Of a DNA stretch of 64,000 nt, positions 1 through 12,645 are shown piece after piece. Source of the DNA: Hypanus sabinus. Lineage: Eukaryota. Location: the NCBI RefSeq assembly GCF_030144855.1, contig NC_082730.1, positions 4,030,001 through 4,094,000 on the forward strand, read 5' to 3'. A model generated the notes under the pieces. The model searched no databases. It had not been told where the DNA came from and was given only the letters and a program-made list of their open reading frames with translations. How positions within the stretch are numbered: position 1 is the stretch's first letter; every line of letters begins with the position of its first letter. Made by a program: the position numbers and the translations under genes.

Positions 1-255
1 TGGCTATTTCAGTCCTTTGATACAGCCTCTGGCTAGCCACGCGATCAATGCCCCTCATCATCTTTTACACCTCCATCAGGTCACCTCGCATCCTCTTTTG
101 CTCCAAGGAGTTCACTCAACCTATTCTCTTAAGGCATGCTCCCCAATCCAGGGAACATCCTTGTAAATCTCCTCGACACACTTTCTATGGTTTCCATATC
201 CTTCCTGTAATGAGGTGATCAGAATGAGCACAGTACTCCAAGTGGGGCCTAACTA
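1..255 (-). mobile_element. CR1 LINE 3' fragment
   Basis: Reverse complement of the CR1 ORF2 C-terminal region (gatcaatgcccctcatcatc...cagtactccaagtgggg). It is similar to the CR1 3' ends at 14241-14682 and 20136-20700. Confidence 0.75.
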
Positions 256-584
256 AGTGTATCTCCACCTCCCTCACACTGGCCCTCAATAACCCCTCTA
301 CTCAAGCTCAGCCTCCACCTCCCTGACCACTGGGTATCTCAGCCATCCTAAATAATCCTTCCCTCCAATCTAATCATTCCTTCACTCCAGCAAGATTGCA
401 CAGTTGTTTCAGTATGGACCATCTGCAAAATGCACTGCAGATCCTCACCCAGGCTATGCTGACAAATATGAGTGGAGGCTTAGTATAAAATACAAAATTG
501 AAGGTTAACTACAAAGTAAACGGTCCTCTGCAGTATCCTCTCAGACAGTGTCTGAGAGCAGAATACATACAAACTGAAGTTTTT

Positions 585-1192
585 AAGAAAGCACATGGTA
601 CATTGGCCTTCATCAACCATGGGATTTAGTTCAAGAGCCGAGAGGTAATGTCAGACCCAACTTGGATTTCTGGTCACCTCACTGCAGGAAGGATATGGAA
701 ACTATAGAAAGGTTTCAGAGGAGATTTACAAGGACGTTGCCTGGATTGGGGAGCATGCCTTATGAGAATAGTTTGAGTGAACTCGGCCTTTTCTCCTTGG
801 TGTGGTGGATGATGTGATGTGACCTGATAGAGGCGTATAAGATGATAAGAGGCATTGATCGTGTGGACAGTCAGAGGCTTTTTCCCAGGGCTGAAATGGC
901 TAACATGAGAGGACACAGTTTTAAGGTGCTTGGATGTAGGTACCGAGGAGATATCAGGGGTAAGTTTTTTTAATGCAGAGAGTAGTGAATGAGTGGAATG
1001 GGCTGCCGGAAATGGTGGTGGAGGTGAATACAACAGGGTCTTTTAGGAGAATCCTGTATAGGCGCATTGGAGCTCAGAAAAATAGAGGGCTATGGGTAGC
1101 CCTAGGTAATTTCTAAGGTAGGGACATGCTCGGCTCAGCTTTGTGGGCTGAAAGGCCTGTATCGTGCTGTAGGTTTTCTATGTTTCTATGTT
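585..1192 (+). mobile_element. CR1 LINE 3' fragment with (TTCTATG)n tail
   Basis: Decayed ORF2 C-terminus followed by the 3' UTR, ending ttttctatgtttctatgttt. The tail abuts the intron sequence shared with 36571 onward. Confidence 0.8.
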
Positions 1193-1309
1193 TGAGAAGA
1201 TGGGCAATTTCAGTTTTGATTCTTCCACCATTTCCTTAATTCCTGTCACAACATTTTCAAATGTCAACAGTATTGTTCTTTTGTGTACCAATGGGAGCAC
1301 CATAGAGTA

Positions 1310-1780
1310 GGAGGAAATGGGGGGAGTGATGTGATAGTGACTGGAGGGAATAGAGGATGAGGGGACTGAGGGGTATTGAAGGGGTGGAGTGCAGGTCAGT
1401 GATGCGATGTTGATTAGAGGGAGTGGGGAAAGAGGGGACTGACGGGTATCAGAGGGGTGGTGATGGGTTTGGAGATGAGTGATTTGATGGTGATTGGAGA
1501 GAATTGGATGGAAGGATTGAGGGGTACTGGAGGGGAGGGGTGGGATGGAGGACAGTGAGGTGATAGTGATCGGAGGGAATCGGGACAGGGGACTGAGGGT
1601 TATTGGAGGGAAAAAGGTTGGAGGGACTGAGGGATGTTGGAAGGGAGGGGAGCAGGGTGGAGAGGTGGGGTTTGGAGGGGATTTATGTGATGGTGATTTC
1701 AGGGTACTGAGGGACTATGTTGAGGTGACAGGGAGTTTTCTCCGACTGAGGAGGGATGGAGTGAATTCATCAATCCTGTG
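1310..1780 (+). repeat. Purine/G-rich degenerate intronic repeat
   Basis: Recurrent gatgtgatggtgattggagggaat and gagggactgagggg motifs upstream of the TM exon. A paralogous tract lies at about 36690-37200. Confidence 0.7.
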
Positions 1781-1837
1781 TCACTGGGAATGTGAGGACT
1801 GGATTCATCAGGAAATCTTTTCTCCTCTGTGTTACAG

Positions 1838-1987
1838 CCCCTAAAACAACAGCGGTGTCGATTGCACTGACCCTGGTAATTGTACTGTCAGTGGCGGGGA
1901 CCCTCCTGATCTTTGCTCTCACTGTGATCCTCAGGGTCACATGGAGGAGAAGAGCTGATGGAAGGGAAGGAACTTCAGGGACTGAAG
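1838..1987 (+). CDS. SLAM/CD2-family receptor gene 1, transmembrane exon
   Basis: Acceptor ctctgtgttacag|. The 150-nt phase 1-1 exon encodes PKTTAVSIALTLVIVLSVAGTLLIFALTVILRVTWRRRADGREGTSGTE (hydrophobic helix plus RRR stop-transfer). Donor is AAG|gcaagt (GC type). Paralogue of 37257-37406. Confidence 0.85.
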
Positions 1988-2129
1988 GCAAGTAGATCTG
2001 AAACCCTGTCATTGAGTCTAGTAATTGGGGGAGGGACAGAGATGGGGTGGGGCAGGGAGTTGACAACAGGGTTGGAAGAGAGGAATAGTTTTAGTACAGA
2101 CCCTGACACCTATGCTTTCTGTCCCACAG

Positions 2130-2266
2130 ACCAAGCGGAGACAGGCATCATTTACACAGATCTTCAGTGGATGCAGAAGAATCGCAGTGTCGGGCAGCCC
2201 CCCAAGGGAAATGACAGGCATTTTACCCCTGGAAAGGGGCCACTCACCCTCATCGGGGCAGCCTGA
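2130..2266 (+). CDS. SLAM/CD2-family receptor gene 1, terminal cytoplasmic exon with ITIM (IIYTDL)
   Basis: Acceptor ttctgtcccacag|. Phase matches the TM exon, giving DQAETGIIYTDLQWMQKNRSVGQPPKGNDRHFTPGKGPLTLIGAA-stop. Paralogue of the exon starting at 37570. Confidence 0.8.
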
Positions 2267-2485
2267 ACATAAGGCCTGCATGTAATCTGCACAATCCCAG
2301 AACCAACCACGGGTTCCTGTCACCGGAAATTGTTCAAACTACCACTGCAGAACACAGCAGCATACACACTGAGGCACAGCAAGATCACATTTACCACTGA
2401 GGAGTCAATTGAACTTTTACCTCAGTGATCTCCAAGCCTGGTCAGGCAGATCTAACAGCAATTGTACCCTCTGTGCACACAGTGT

Positions 2486-3705
2486 TAGTGGGTACACTGT
2501 CCCCACATACCCGGTCACTGGGTACACTGTCCCCCACATACCCAATCACTGGGATACACTGTCCCCACATACCCGGTCACTGGGATACACTGTCCCCACA
2601 AACACAGTCACTGGGATACACTGTCCCCACATACCCAGTCACTGGGTACACTGTCCCCCACATAACCAATCACTGGGATACACTGTCCCCACACACCCAG
2701 TCACTGGGATACACTGTCCCCACACACCCACTCACTGGGTACACTGTCCCCAAACACCCAGTCAGTGGGTACACTGTCCCCACATACCCGGTCACTGGGC
2801 ACACTGTCCCCACATACCCGGTCACTGGGTACACTGTCCCGCACACACCCAGTCACTGGGTACACTGTCCCCACATACCCGGTCACTGGGTACACTGTCC
2901 CCACACACCCAGTCACTGGGACACACTGCCCCCACACACCCAGTCACTGGGCACACTGTCCCCACATACCCGGTCACTGGGTACACTGCCCCACACACCC
3001 AGTCACTGGGCACACTGTCCCCACATACCCGGTCACTGGGTACACTGTCCCGCACACACCCAGTCACTGGGTACACTGTCCCCACACACCCGGTCACTGG
3101 GTACACTGTCCCCACATGCCCAGTCACAGGGTACACTGTCCCCCACTGTCCCCACATACCCAGTCACTGGGATACACTGTCCCCAAACACCCAGTCAGTG
3201 GGTACACTGTCCCCACATGCCCGGTCACTGGGTACACTGTCCCACACACACCCAGTCACTGGGTACACTGTCCCCATATACCCGGTCACTGGGTACACTG
3301 TCCCCACACACCTAGTCACTGGGTACACTGTCCCCACACACCTAGTCACTGGGACACACTGTCCCCACACACCCAGTCACTGGGATACACTGTCCCCACA
3401 TACCCGGTCACTGGGTACACTGCCCCCACACACCCAGTCACTGGGATACACTGTCCCCACATACCCAGTCACTGGGATACACTGTCCCCACACGCCCAGT
3501 CACTGGGTACACTGTCCCCACATGCCCAGTCACAGGGTACACTGTCCCCCACACACCAAGTCACTGGGATACACTGTCCCCACAAACACAGTCACTGGGA
3601 TACACTGACCCACACACCCAGTCACTGGGTACACTGTCCCCAAACACCCAGTCACTGTGATATCATGTCCCCACACACCCACTCACTGGGTTCACTGTCC
3701 CTATA
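2486..3705. repeat. About 30-bp minisatellite, roughly 40 copies
   Basis: Unit gggtacactgtccccacatacccggtcact with 30/31-bp variants (gggatacac, gggcacac, cacacacccag) tandemly repeated over about 1.2 kb. Confidence 0.95.
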
Positions 3706-3934
3706 CATGCAGTTATGCCCAGTAGTGTGTGCATTTCTTATGATAAGTCGTGGAGTTAATATTTGTGTTGATGGGCAGTTTGTGAGTACATTGTGAATGC
3801 ACTGAGAATGAGGCCATGTTGATGCTGGGTTGGTACCATTGTTTATCAGTCGATTATTGCTGATCCGAATTTCCATCATTGTGTATTGCTTTGTATGTCC
3901 AGGTCTTTTGTGTCCATTTGTCATGTGTTGTTGT

Positions 3935-4270
3935 GCCCAGTCTCAATGTCTCCCCTCTCCAGAGTCCTTGTCTCTGTATCCAGTCTCCATGTCCTATCAC
4001 TAGGTCCTGGTCTATATCTCCCTGTCTCCGTGTCTTGCTTCCCAGTCCTGGTCCGTATTTCCTTGCCTCTGTGTACTCATCTAGATCTCCCTGTCTCAGG
4101 GTCCTGGTCCGTATCTCCCTATGTTGATGCCCTATCTCTGGCGCCCAGTCTGTATCTCCTTGTTCCTGTGTCCTCTCTCCAGGTCCTGCCGCTGTGTTCT
4201 GGTCTGTATATCCCTTACTGGGTCCTGGGCTCTGTTTCCCTGTCTGTGTTTCCCAGTCTCCAAGACTTTC
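3935..4270. repeat. Degenerate pyrimidine-rich repeat
   Basis: Recurring cctggtc(c/t)gtat(c/t)tccct-like motif every ~45-55 bp. Confidence 0.55.
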
Positions 4271-5861
4271 TGATGCAGTGTGTCCTATCTCTGTTTCCCT
4301 TACATCACCCAGAGCTGACAGGTTCTGTTTCTTTTGTAGTGTGCTGGTCCGGAGGTCGTTGCCGAGACTACCCCCACTGAGTACGCTGCGGTGATGGACC
4401 GTGCCAGTCCCTCCCGTGGATGGCCTGAGGACAGAGCCCCTGAACAGTATCCTGTAGTCTAGGATGGATCGTCCCTCCCTTGGCACTGGAACAAGGAGGG
4501 ACAGACTCTCAGGGGGATCTGCATGTGGACTGATGGCTTGAAGATGCAGGTTTCCTCTCTGTCCCACTGTCGTGGTGGGGGGTGAGGACTATGGGACACA
4601 AGCATGGCTGCTCTTTCCTGCTGTACTTAGAAAGTGTTGAATGTTAGTTCAATAATAGTCACCAGTTTTGGCTGGTGGAAGAGATTTTGTCAGAACGTCC
4701 CCTGTAGATTATCACCTTGTTTAATCCTACTCAAACAGTAGTTAATAATTAAATGAATAATGTGAGCCTGTGCCCAGTTTCCAAATGCTCACCACTCTCC
4801 CATCTTGAGTGATCAATTCTCGAACACAGGTTCACACTGATGGTGCAGAATTATCAGTGGGGAAAGATGGGGATCCAGGAGACTCTGTCAACCTTCTGCC
4901 AGAAGTCAGGAAGGGAAAAAAGAGGGCCGAGGGGAGAAGATTTCAGAGTGACATTGGATTTATGAGGAATGGCTATGAGGTGGGACTCAGTGGAGAACAG
5001 GGATTTAAGAGAGGGAGAAAAATGGAAAGGTTTAAGGGAGCAACAACACACACGAAGTGCTGGAAGAACTCAGCACGTCAGACAGCGTCTCTACCGGGGA
5101 ATAATAGTTGACGATTCGGCTGACTGCTGCCCCAACTGCTAAGCTCCTCCAGCATGAAGTGTGTGTTGCCCAAGATTCCCAGTATATGGTTGTGTCTCGG
5201 GTTTAAGGGAGAGTGAGTTTTTGGAAAGTGAGGAGAACGAGAGACAGGGATTTAATATAAGCGATGCAAGGATACAGCATAGATGGGGCGATGGCCATGT
5301 TGTACAGGATCTAGCCATGTGATCTCATACACACCACATGACCATTCGAGTTCTCTACACCTCTCTAGGATGTGGAAGGCAAGTCCAGAAGTTTAACCTC
5401 CTGGGATCCAAGGCAAGTTGGTACATTGAGTACAAAGTGAGCTTGGTAATAGGAGGCAGAGAGTGATAGTGGACTGTTGCTTTTGTGATTGGAAGCCTAT
5501 GGCCACTTTCATCCCATAGGGGTCATTACTGGACCCTGTGTGTGCGTGTTGGATGCGGTGTTTCATTGATTTTATTGTGTTTTATTGTGTTTCTTGGATT
5601 TACTGAGTATGCCCTCAAGGGAATTAATCTCATGTTTCTATATGGTGACATATATGTACTTTAATAATAAATTTATTTTGAATTTTGAATGTACATTGTG
5701 ATTTTCCATATGGATGTAGGAAAGATCCGAAGACACTGATGGAGATCTACATTATTGCAGGCAGAATAGAGAAGGAGGTTTGTACATTTTTCCTCAAGGC
5801 CTAGGTGTTCAAAGCCAGCCAAGGTATAAAGGTGGGGAATAGGAGGTTCAAGGGGACATTT

Positions 5862-6182
5862 ACCATATAACCATCTAACAATCACAGCATGGAAACAGGC
5901 CATCTCGGCCCTCCTAGTCCGTGCCAAACTCTTAATCTCACCTAGTCCCACCTACCTGCACTCAGCCCATAACCCTCCACTCCTTTCCTGCCCATATACC
6001 TATCCAATTTTACCTGAAATGACACAACTGAACTGGCCTCTACTACTTCTACAGGAAGCTCATTCCACACAGCTATCACTCTCTGAGTAAAGAAATACCC
6101 CCTCGTGTTTCCCTTAAACTTCTGCCCCCTAACTCTCAAATCATGTCCTCTCATTTGAATCTCCCCTACTCTCAATGGAAAC
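5862..6182 (-). mobile_element. CR1 LINE 3' fragment, (ATATGGTT)-tail subfamily
   Basis: Reverse complement of the 3' end at 28480-28793 (RVRGQKFKGNTRGYFFTQRVIAVWNELP). Confidence 0.8.
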
Positions 6183-7539
6183 AGGAGGTAAAAAATCTGC
6201 AACGCTCTACCTGAGGGTATGGAGGTGGCAGAAATTCTCACAATATTTAAGAAGTGTCTGGACAAGCAACTGTGTTACCAAGCAATGGAAAACTATAGAC
6301 CAGCTGCAATCAAGTGTAATCTGGTACTCAGAGATTGTCACAGATAATAAGGGTGTTTTTCTTTGTTGTGTGTCTCGATGACTCCATCGTATTCAACTCC
6401 TTTCACAAACACCTCGCAGTTCAAAGTACATTTATTATCAAAGTATGTATACGTGACACAACCTTGAGATTCATCTGCTTACAGACAGCCACAAAACAAG
6501 AAACACAAAAGAACCCATAAAGTTAAAAAGACCAACAAATGTGCAGAGAGAGAAAAAAACACTACTTGTAGAAACAATAAGAGATGCAACAGCATTTAGA
6601 ACGAAAGTGAGTCCACATACACAAAGTCTGGAGCACCTGGAACAGGCTGCAGCTTCAGCATTATCGCAGTGAAGAGCGGAGCAAATGTCACAGTGCAGTG
6701 AGCAGAACCGGCCTGTCCCTCACCTCCAGTCCCAACACCCTTTCCTCTTCAATCCACCTGGCCCAGCATTTAAATCATCCAAACATCAGATCGTTCCTCA
6801 TTCTCAGACAGGGGCCTTGTTGCATCGATACGCTCTGTGCATGGATCCCGCTGCCATATTCTGACCCGGACCTGACCTTTCCCAAATGACCCAGTGCTTA
6901 GATCGATCAGGCCTCGCTCTCGGTTTAGGTGGACAGTCTCCAAAGCTCCTCCACTCCCACTTTTCTCCACTTCACGTGCCCTTGCTCCATCTTAACCATA
7001 TCTCAACCTCATTCCCACCTCCTTTCCTCAAACTTCCCTCGACCTCGCTCTGACCTTGCATTGCAGCTGCACGCCTCAACCCTCGAGTCAGCCGCACCTT
7101 CTTTGTTTATGGTAATCGTTTACCTAACAAATAAGACAGACAGCAGGAGTGCCCATGTCACACCACAGCCTTATGGCTGGGGAACCCTCCCCATTCCATA
7201 CTCCGGCAGCCATTGTTGATGCGTCAATACATGGATGCCACCCACACAGGAAACAGGTTGTTGGTCTGAGCATGGTATCGGCCTCGGAAACACAGAAGAT
7301 GTATATCTGACAATCAATCCGGGATCTCCTCCTCCTCCAGACATCCCCCCATCCCCAAGATTACAATTGAAACACACATCCCCCTCCCCACTCCTCCCCC
7401 CAGGAAAAATCAGAAACTGTGGTAGATAAAGAGAGTGAATACTTCTTGAAACTATCGTATCTCATCACATCAGGCCTGAGGGACATACAGATTCACAAAG
7501 TGCGATGGCACACAGCAAGGTGAAACAAGTGACCTGGTA

Positions 7540-7868
7540 CAAGTGGAAGGTCAGAGGCTTTTTCCCGGGGCTGAAATAGCCAGCACGAGAGGTCACAGTT
7601 TAAAGGTGCTTGGAAGTAGTTACAAAGGGGATGTCAGGGATAAGTTTTTTACACAGAGAGAGGTGAGTGTGTGGAATAGGCTGCCAGTGACAGTGGTGGA
7701 GGCAAATACGAAAGGATTTTTTAAGAGACTCCTGCAGAGGTACATGGAGCTTAGTAAAATGGAGGGCTATGGGTAACCCTGGGTAATTTCTAAAGTAAGT
7801 ACATGTTTGGCACAGCATTGTGGGCCATGTGGCCTGTATAGTGCTGCAGGTTTTCTCTGCTTCTATGT
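7540..7868 (+). mobile_element. CR1 LINE 3' fragment
   Basis: ORF track gives GQRLFPGAEIASTRGHSLKVLG...FFTQREVSVWNRLP, the typical CR1 ORF2 C-terminus, followed by the 3' UTR. Confidence 0.8.
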
Positions 7869-8519
7869 ACAATTTCCTGGAGTTTTAAACTCCCTGGCAG
7901 GAAAGAGGGGGCCAACAGCATGGAAGCTACATGGCCAGTGGAGCTGAGGTGTCTCGTGTAGACCCTCCAGAGGATGCACCTAGCATATCCTCTGCACCCA
8001 CCACCTATGGAGTGGGATGGAGAAAAGGTAGCGGTACCATCTTGGTCCTTGCAGGTGTGGTACTGTGCACGGGCTGTGGTCCGGTAGACGTGGAGGGCCG
8101 TCCCTCGGATTCCTCCTCCCACAACGGTTGCATGAACAGCTGGCATCAGAGAGAGGAGAGGTAGTGGAGATCGAGCAGGACTGGGGTGATCCCAGCCTCA
8201 TCTGCTCCAGAAAGTGCAGGTGTGGGGAAAAGAAACTGACCGAGATTGAAGGGCAGGACACTGGGAAGGATGACTCACTGCACGATGATCTCAAGGATCC
8301 ACAACAAGAAAAATCCTGTTAATAGACCAGAGACACTTCTCTCTGTCTTCTGGGAGACCAGACATCTGTGAGTCTGTGACAGCACCCAAAGGGATATGCT
8401 TGACACGTCCCTGTGTACAGATTTCACCAGCAATGTCATGTGAAAACAGCATCAGAGGGGGAGAGGTGTTCCATTGGCAGAAACAACCACAGCACAATGC
8501 AGTAACAGAAACACTGGGG

Positions 8520-9365
8520 TTGGCGAGATAAACTGAGGTGGGACGGGGAGAAGGGACTCACTTTGGCCTGATGGTGTTGAACTTCAGGAGAGTTGTTGGA
8601 GCCGCACTCACCCAGGTAAGCGGACACTGCTCCAGATGAACCTTGTGGAGTGCTGAAAGCCTTGGGGTGTGAGGAGGTGAGTCACTCCCCACAGGATTGC
8701 CAGCCTCTCACCTGCTCCTGTAGACTCGGTGTTGATGTCCAGTTGAGTCTCTGGTCAGTGGTGATTACCGGATTTTGATGGTGGGGACTGGACAATGGGA
8801 ATATGAGAATGAGATTGTCAGAATCTCTTGTTGTCACAGCCTGCTACTTGTGTAGTGTGAATATCAGATCGGAAAGGTCATGGTGTCAGGACCAGAGGCG
8901 AGGGACAGGACGGTTCTACTTACTGTTCCATGATGTTTACTCGTCTCTGCACTGAACTGAGGCTGTCTCCTGCTCTCGCTGCAGTAAATACTGGCTTTGT
9001 CACCAACTTCAGCTCTGAATGTCATTTGCTTGCTTTCATTGTTTGCACCTTTTTCTCTGCACATTGGGTGTTTGATTTCTCTTTGAGTGGTTTCTTTTGG
9101 GTTTCTTTGTGTTGCGGCTGCTTGCAAGGCGAGGAATCTGAAGTTCGTATTGTGGGTACACACCTTGAGAATTAATGTCCATTGAAGTTCTCAACCCCTT
9201 TCTGAAAGTTGTCTGGATCTTGATGGAGTGGGCTACTTCACCTGCTGGGGTGGGAATGGAACTGAAGATCGTGCAATCAGGAGTGAGTGTTCCCATTTCT
9301 GTCCTCAGGATCAAAGGAAAGTCACCGATGAAGGTGGGTGGGCCCAGGACGCTGCCCTGAGAAAC
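8520..9365 (-). mobile_element. Old CR1/L2-like RT remnant, interrupted by a younger repeat at about 8900-9175
   Basis: Minus-strand ISAGVSQGSVLGPPTFIGDFPLILRTEMGTLTPDCTIF matches the RT GVPQGSVLGP...ADD region. Confidence 0.6.
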
Positions 9366-10514
9366 TCCTGCACTGATTACCTGGGGCTGGGGTGGGGGGG
9401 GGGGGGTTGTACAGAAACACATGAGTCCACAGTAGCAATCAACCACTGAGCCCATTCTGTGTGATCATATCTGATCCTCTGTCCGTGATCACTCTTCCTA
9501 CTGTCCTCGACGGACACTGCATCAAGAAACTAGACTCCTCAAGTTTATTCAACAGCTCATCCACAAGTCTCCGAGAATTCCACAGCTCTGAGCGAAGAAA
9601 TCACTCTACCTCAGTCTGACCTATCTTCCCTCTCTCCTGAGACTGGTACCACTTGTTCTAGACTTGTCAGTCAGGACCCTGTGTCCATCACAGACTGGAA
9701 CAGTTCAATGGATTCCACCCCCCCGACCCCCATTCCTCCAATGAACACAGGCCCTGTTAACCCAGACTCTTCTCATATAACAGGCCAAACACCTCTGGAA
9801 CCGGGCAGGTGAATCTTTATGACAATTCTATCTGTTCTCAGGTAACGAGACCTTGGTAGGGCCAAAAGACCAGTGTCATTACAGAGAGACACAATTGCTC
9901 TGTACATATGATGAGGCCAACATACCATTTGCCCCTCAGCTGCTTGTTGTGCCAGGACCAGCTCCCTTTGGACATCACCGTTTCCCATCCTTCAGCATTT
10001 CCTTAGTATTTTGCCTTGCTGTTCCCTTGCTAAAGTGGAGAACTTCACATTTACCCACATTATAGCACATATTTGCCCAATCAACAAGTCAAAAAGCATC
10101 TTGAGATTTCTTTGCATCCCTTCCTCAGCTCACAATCCCATCCAGTTTCATGTGTCAGCAACGTTTGGGAGATTACATTCAGGTAATCCTCCCTCATCCA
10201 TTTCATTTTTGTACATTGTGAAAAGAACCAGAGAGTACAAGCACAGTCACACTGACCCTCCAAGTTCATGCAGTCCATCAAGTCCCCATCCATTTGGGTC
10301 CCATTTACCATCACTTGGTCCATGTCCCTCAATGTTGTTGGAATATCTACATCCCCCTCCTACTCCAGCAGTGTGCTCCAGAATCCAAACATCTTCTGAG
10401 CAAAAATACTTTCTCCTCAGATCCACTGTGAACCTCCTTCTCTTACTTTCAATTAAACTATTGAGTTTCAGATATCTCCAGCCAACATAGCTCTCTGGGT
10501 CATTGAGGCACGCA

Positions 10515-11482
10515 AACCAGAAGCTCAGAGACCTGGGCCTTCACCTTGCCTTGTGCAGCTGGATCCTGGACTTCCTGTCAGAATGCCGGCAAGTGGTAAG
10601 AGTGGGCTCCCTCATTTTGCTCCTCTGACCCTCAACACAGGACCCCCCGAGGGCTCTGTCATAACCCCCACTCCTTTACTCTCTGTACACCCATGACTGT
10701 GTCACCACCCACAACTCAAATCTGCTAATTAAATTTGCAGATGATACTACACTGATTGGCCCAATCTCAAATAATCATGAGAAGCCCTCACTCTGACACA
10801 GTGGTGCTAAGAAAACAACCTCTCCTTCAATGTCACAAAAGCGAAGGAGCTGGTTGTGGACCACAGGAGGAACAGAGATAAGCTCACCCCTGACATCAAT
10901 AGATCTGGGGTTGATAAGGTGAGCAGCTTTAAGTTCCTCGGTATACATATCACTGAAGATCTCACTTGGTCTGTACACACCGTTGTGTGGTGAAAAAAAC
11001 ACAACAGTGCCTCTTCCATCTCAGATGGTTGAAGGAGGTTGGCATGAGCTCCCAAATCCTAAGGACTTTCTACAGGGGCACAATTGAGAGCATCCTGACT
11101 AGCTACATCAATCTGTACTGCTGTATTGTACTTCTCTCAACCGCAGGACTTTACAGAAAGTGGCATGGACAGGCCGGCACACCTGTGGACGTGAACTTCC
11201 CACTATCCAGGACATTTACAGTGCCAGGTGTGTAAAGGGGGCCCGAACCAATCGGCTCCAAGACAGCTTCTTCCCCCATGACATCAGACTGATTAATTCA
11301 CGCCAACACAATTGTAATTCTAAGCTAAATTGACTGTTCTGTTGTACATCTTACTGTACATACTATTTAGTACAAATTACTATAATTTGCACTTTGTACA
11401 TTCAGATGAAGACATAAAGTGAAGGTTTTTACTCATCAGGTGCGTGAAGGATGTGAAAAACAAAGTCAATTCAATTCAATTC
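10515..11482 (+). mobile_element. Rex1/Babar LINE, 3' half of RT
   Basis: Motifs WILDFL, FADDTTLIG, NNLSFNVTKAKELVVD, FKFLGIHITEDLTWS and LRTFYRGTIESILTS. Tail is (CAATT)n. Confidence 0.8.
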
Positions 11483-12645
11483 ATGAGGATCCCCACAATC
11501 TCCAGTAAACTCTTGGAGGATGACAGCTGATACAGCCATTTGGGATTTATTGTCTGCCATTTCCACAACAGTTTTAACCTGTACCACTGTCCTGTAGTTT
11601 TCTTTTTCTTTAGACCCTTGTTTCCCCAGTATACCTGGAAGTTAATTATAACCTCTCGGTGAAGGCCGAACCCAAGATTTAGTTGACCTGCTGTGCATTG
11701 TTTTATTTCCCACTCACAAATCTTTTCACTTGATCAACAGAAGTATTCTGAACTTTTCCATTTCCTGTCACCTGTTGGCGCAGTGCTTCATTAACACCTT
11801 AACCTGTGACAACTAGCTTATCGCATCTCAACAGCAGCCCTCATCCTGCACAGGAGCTCATGGTGTCAACTGGTGGCAGGAAATGAGAGAGACTCAGAAC
11901 ATGTCTGGTCAACAAGTGTTGAGATGTGTGAAGCAGAGAATGTAGCTGGACTCAGGGTGGGGGGAGAGAGAGAGAGAGAGAGAGAGAGACATACACAACT
12001 AGGACCAAACACAAAAGCTGAGACAGATAGATCAGCAGGGAGAGACTGAATGTGCTGAAAGACCAGAAGACAACATGAATGAAGGGAAATAACAGGAACA
12101 CAGAGAGAAAGAGTAAGAATGCTGATAGATAGAGAGACTGGACAGGGCCCAAGAATGGAGAATGTAGAACTGTACAGCACAGAAACAGGCCCTTCGGCCC
12201 ACAGTGACCATGTCAATCAAAATTATTACCACCTGCCTATATCTGGTGCCTGTCCCTCCATTCCCTGCATGATACCATGCCCGTCTAAACATTGTGATCA
12301 AATTTGCTTCCACCACTTCATCTGCTACTCACTGTGCAGAAGAACTTGCCTCAGATCTCCTTAAAGACAGGTGACCCCAGTCATTATCAATACTCTTCAG
12401 AGATAATCTGCCTGATGTCAGTGGTCAAATAACAAGAACTTATGATATGCAACAGCTGCTCATATGACCATCTACCACCTGCTCCCATGGCTTCAAGTGA
12501 CCCTGATCAAGGGGCTAAGAAGGTGCTACACCTTGCCCAAGGGTGACCTGCCAGTTAGTGGAGAGAAGGAGCTCCCTACTTTTTTTTGGTAGAGTGGTAT
12601 CTCCATCTTGCCATGAGAAATTCTGCCTAGGCTGGAAATCCAAAT

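Noticed and set aside
2486-3705. cactgtc in each minisatellite unit resembles the RAG RSS heptamer
   Set aside because: The mismatch destroys the essential CAC (it reads GACAGTG), and there is no nonamer at 12 or 23 bp.
2409-3796. Long Pro/His/Thr-rich ORFs (296-399 aa) in all three + frames
   Set aside because: They are translations of the 30-bp minisatellite, whose unit has no + strand stop codons. It is also not a CRISPR array, since there are no unique spacers and the DNA is eukaryotic.
7880-8330. GC-richer segment with several overlapping 70-118 aa ORFs
   Set aside because: I could not recognise a convincing motif. It is probably an old retroelement fragment that needs a database search to classify.
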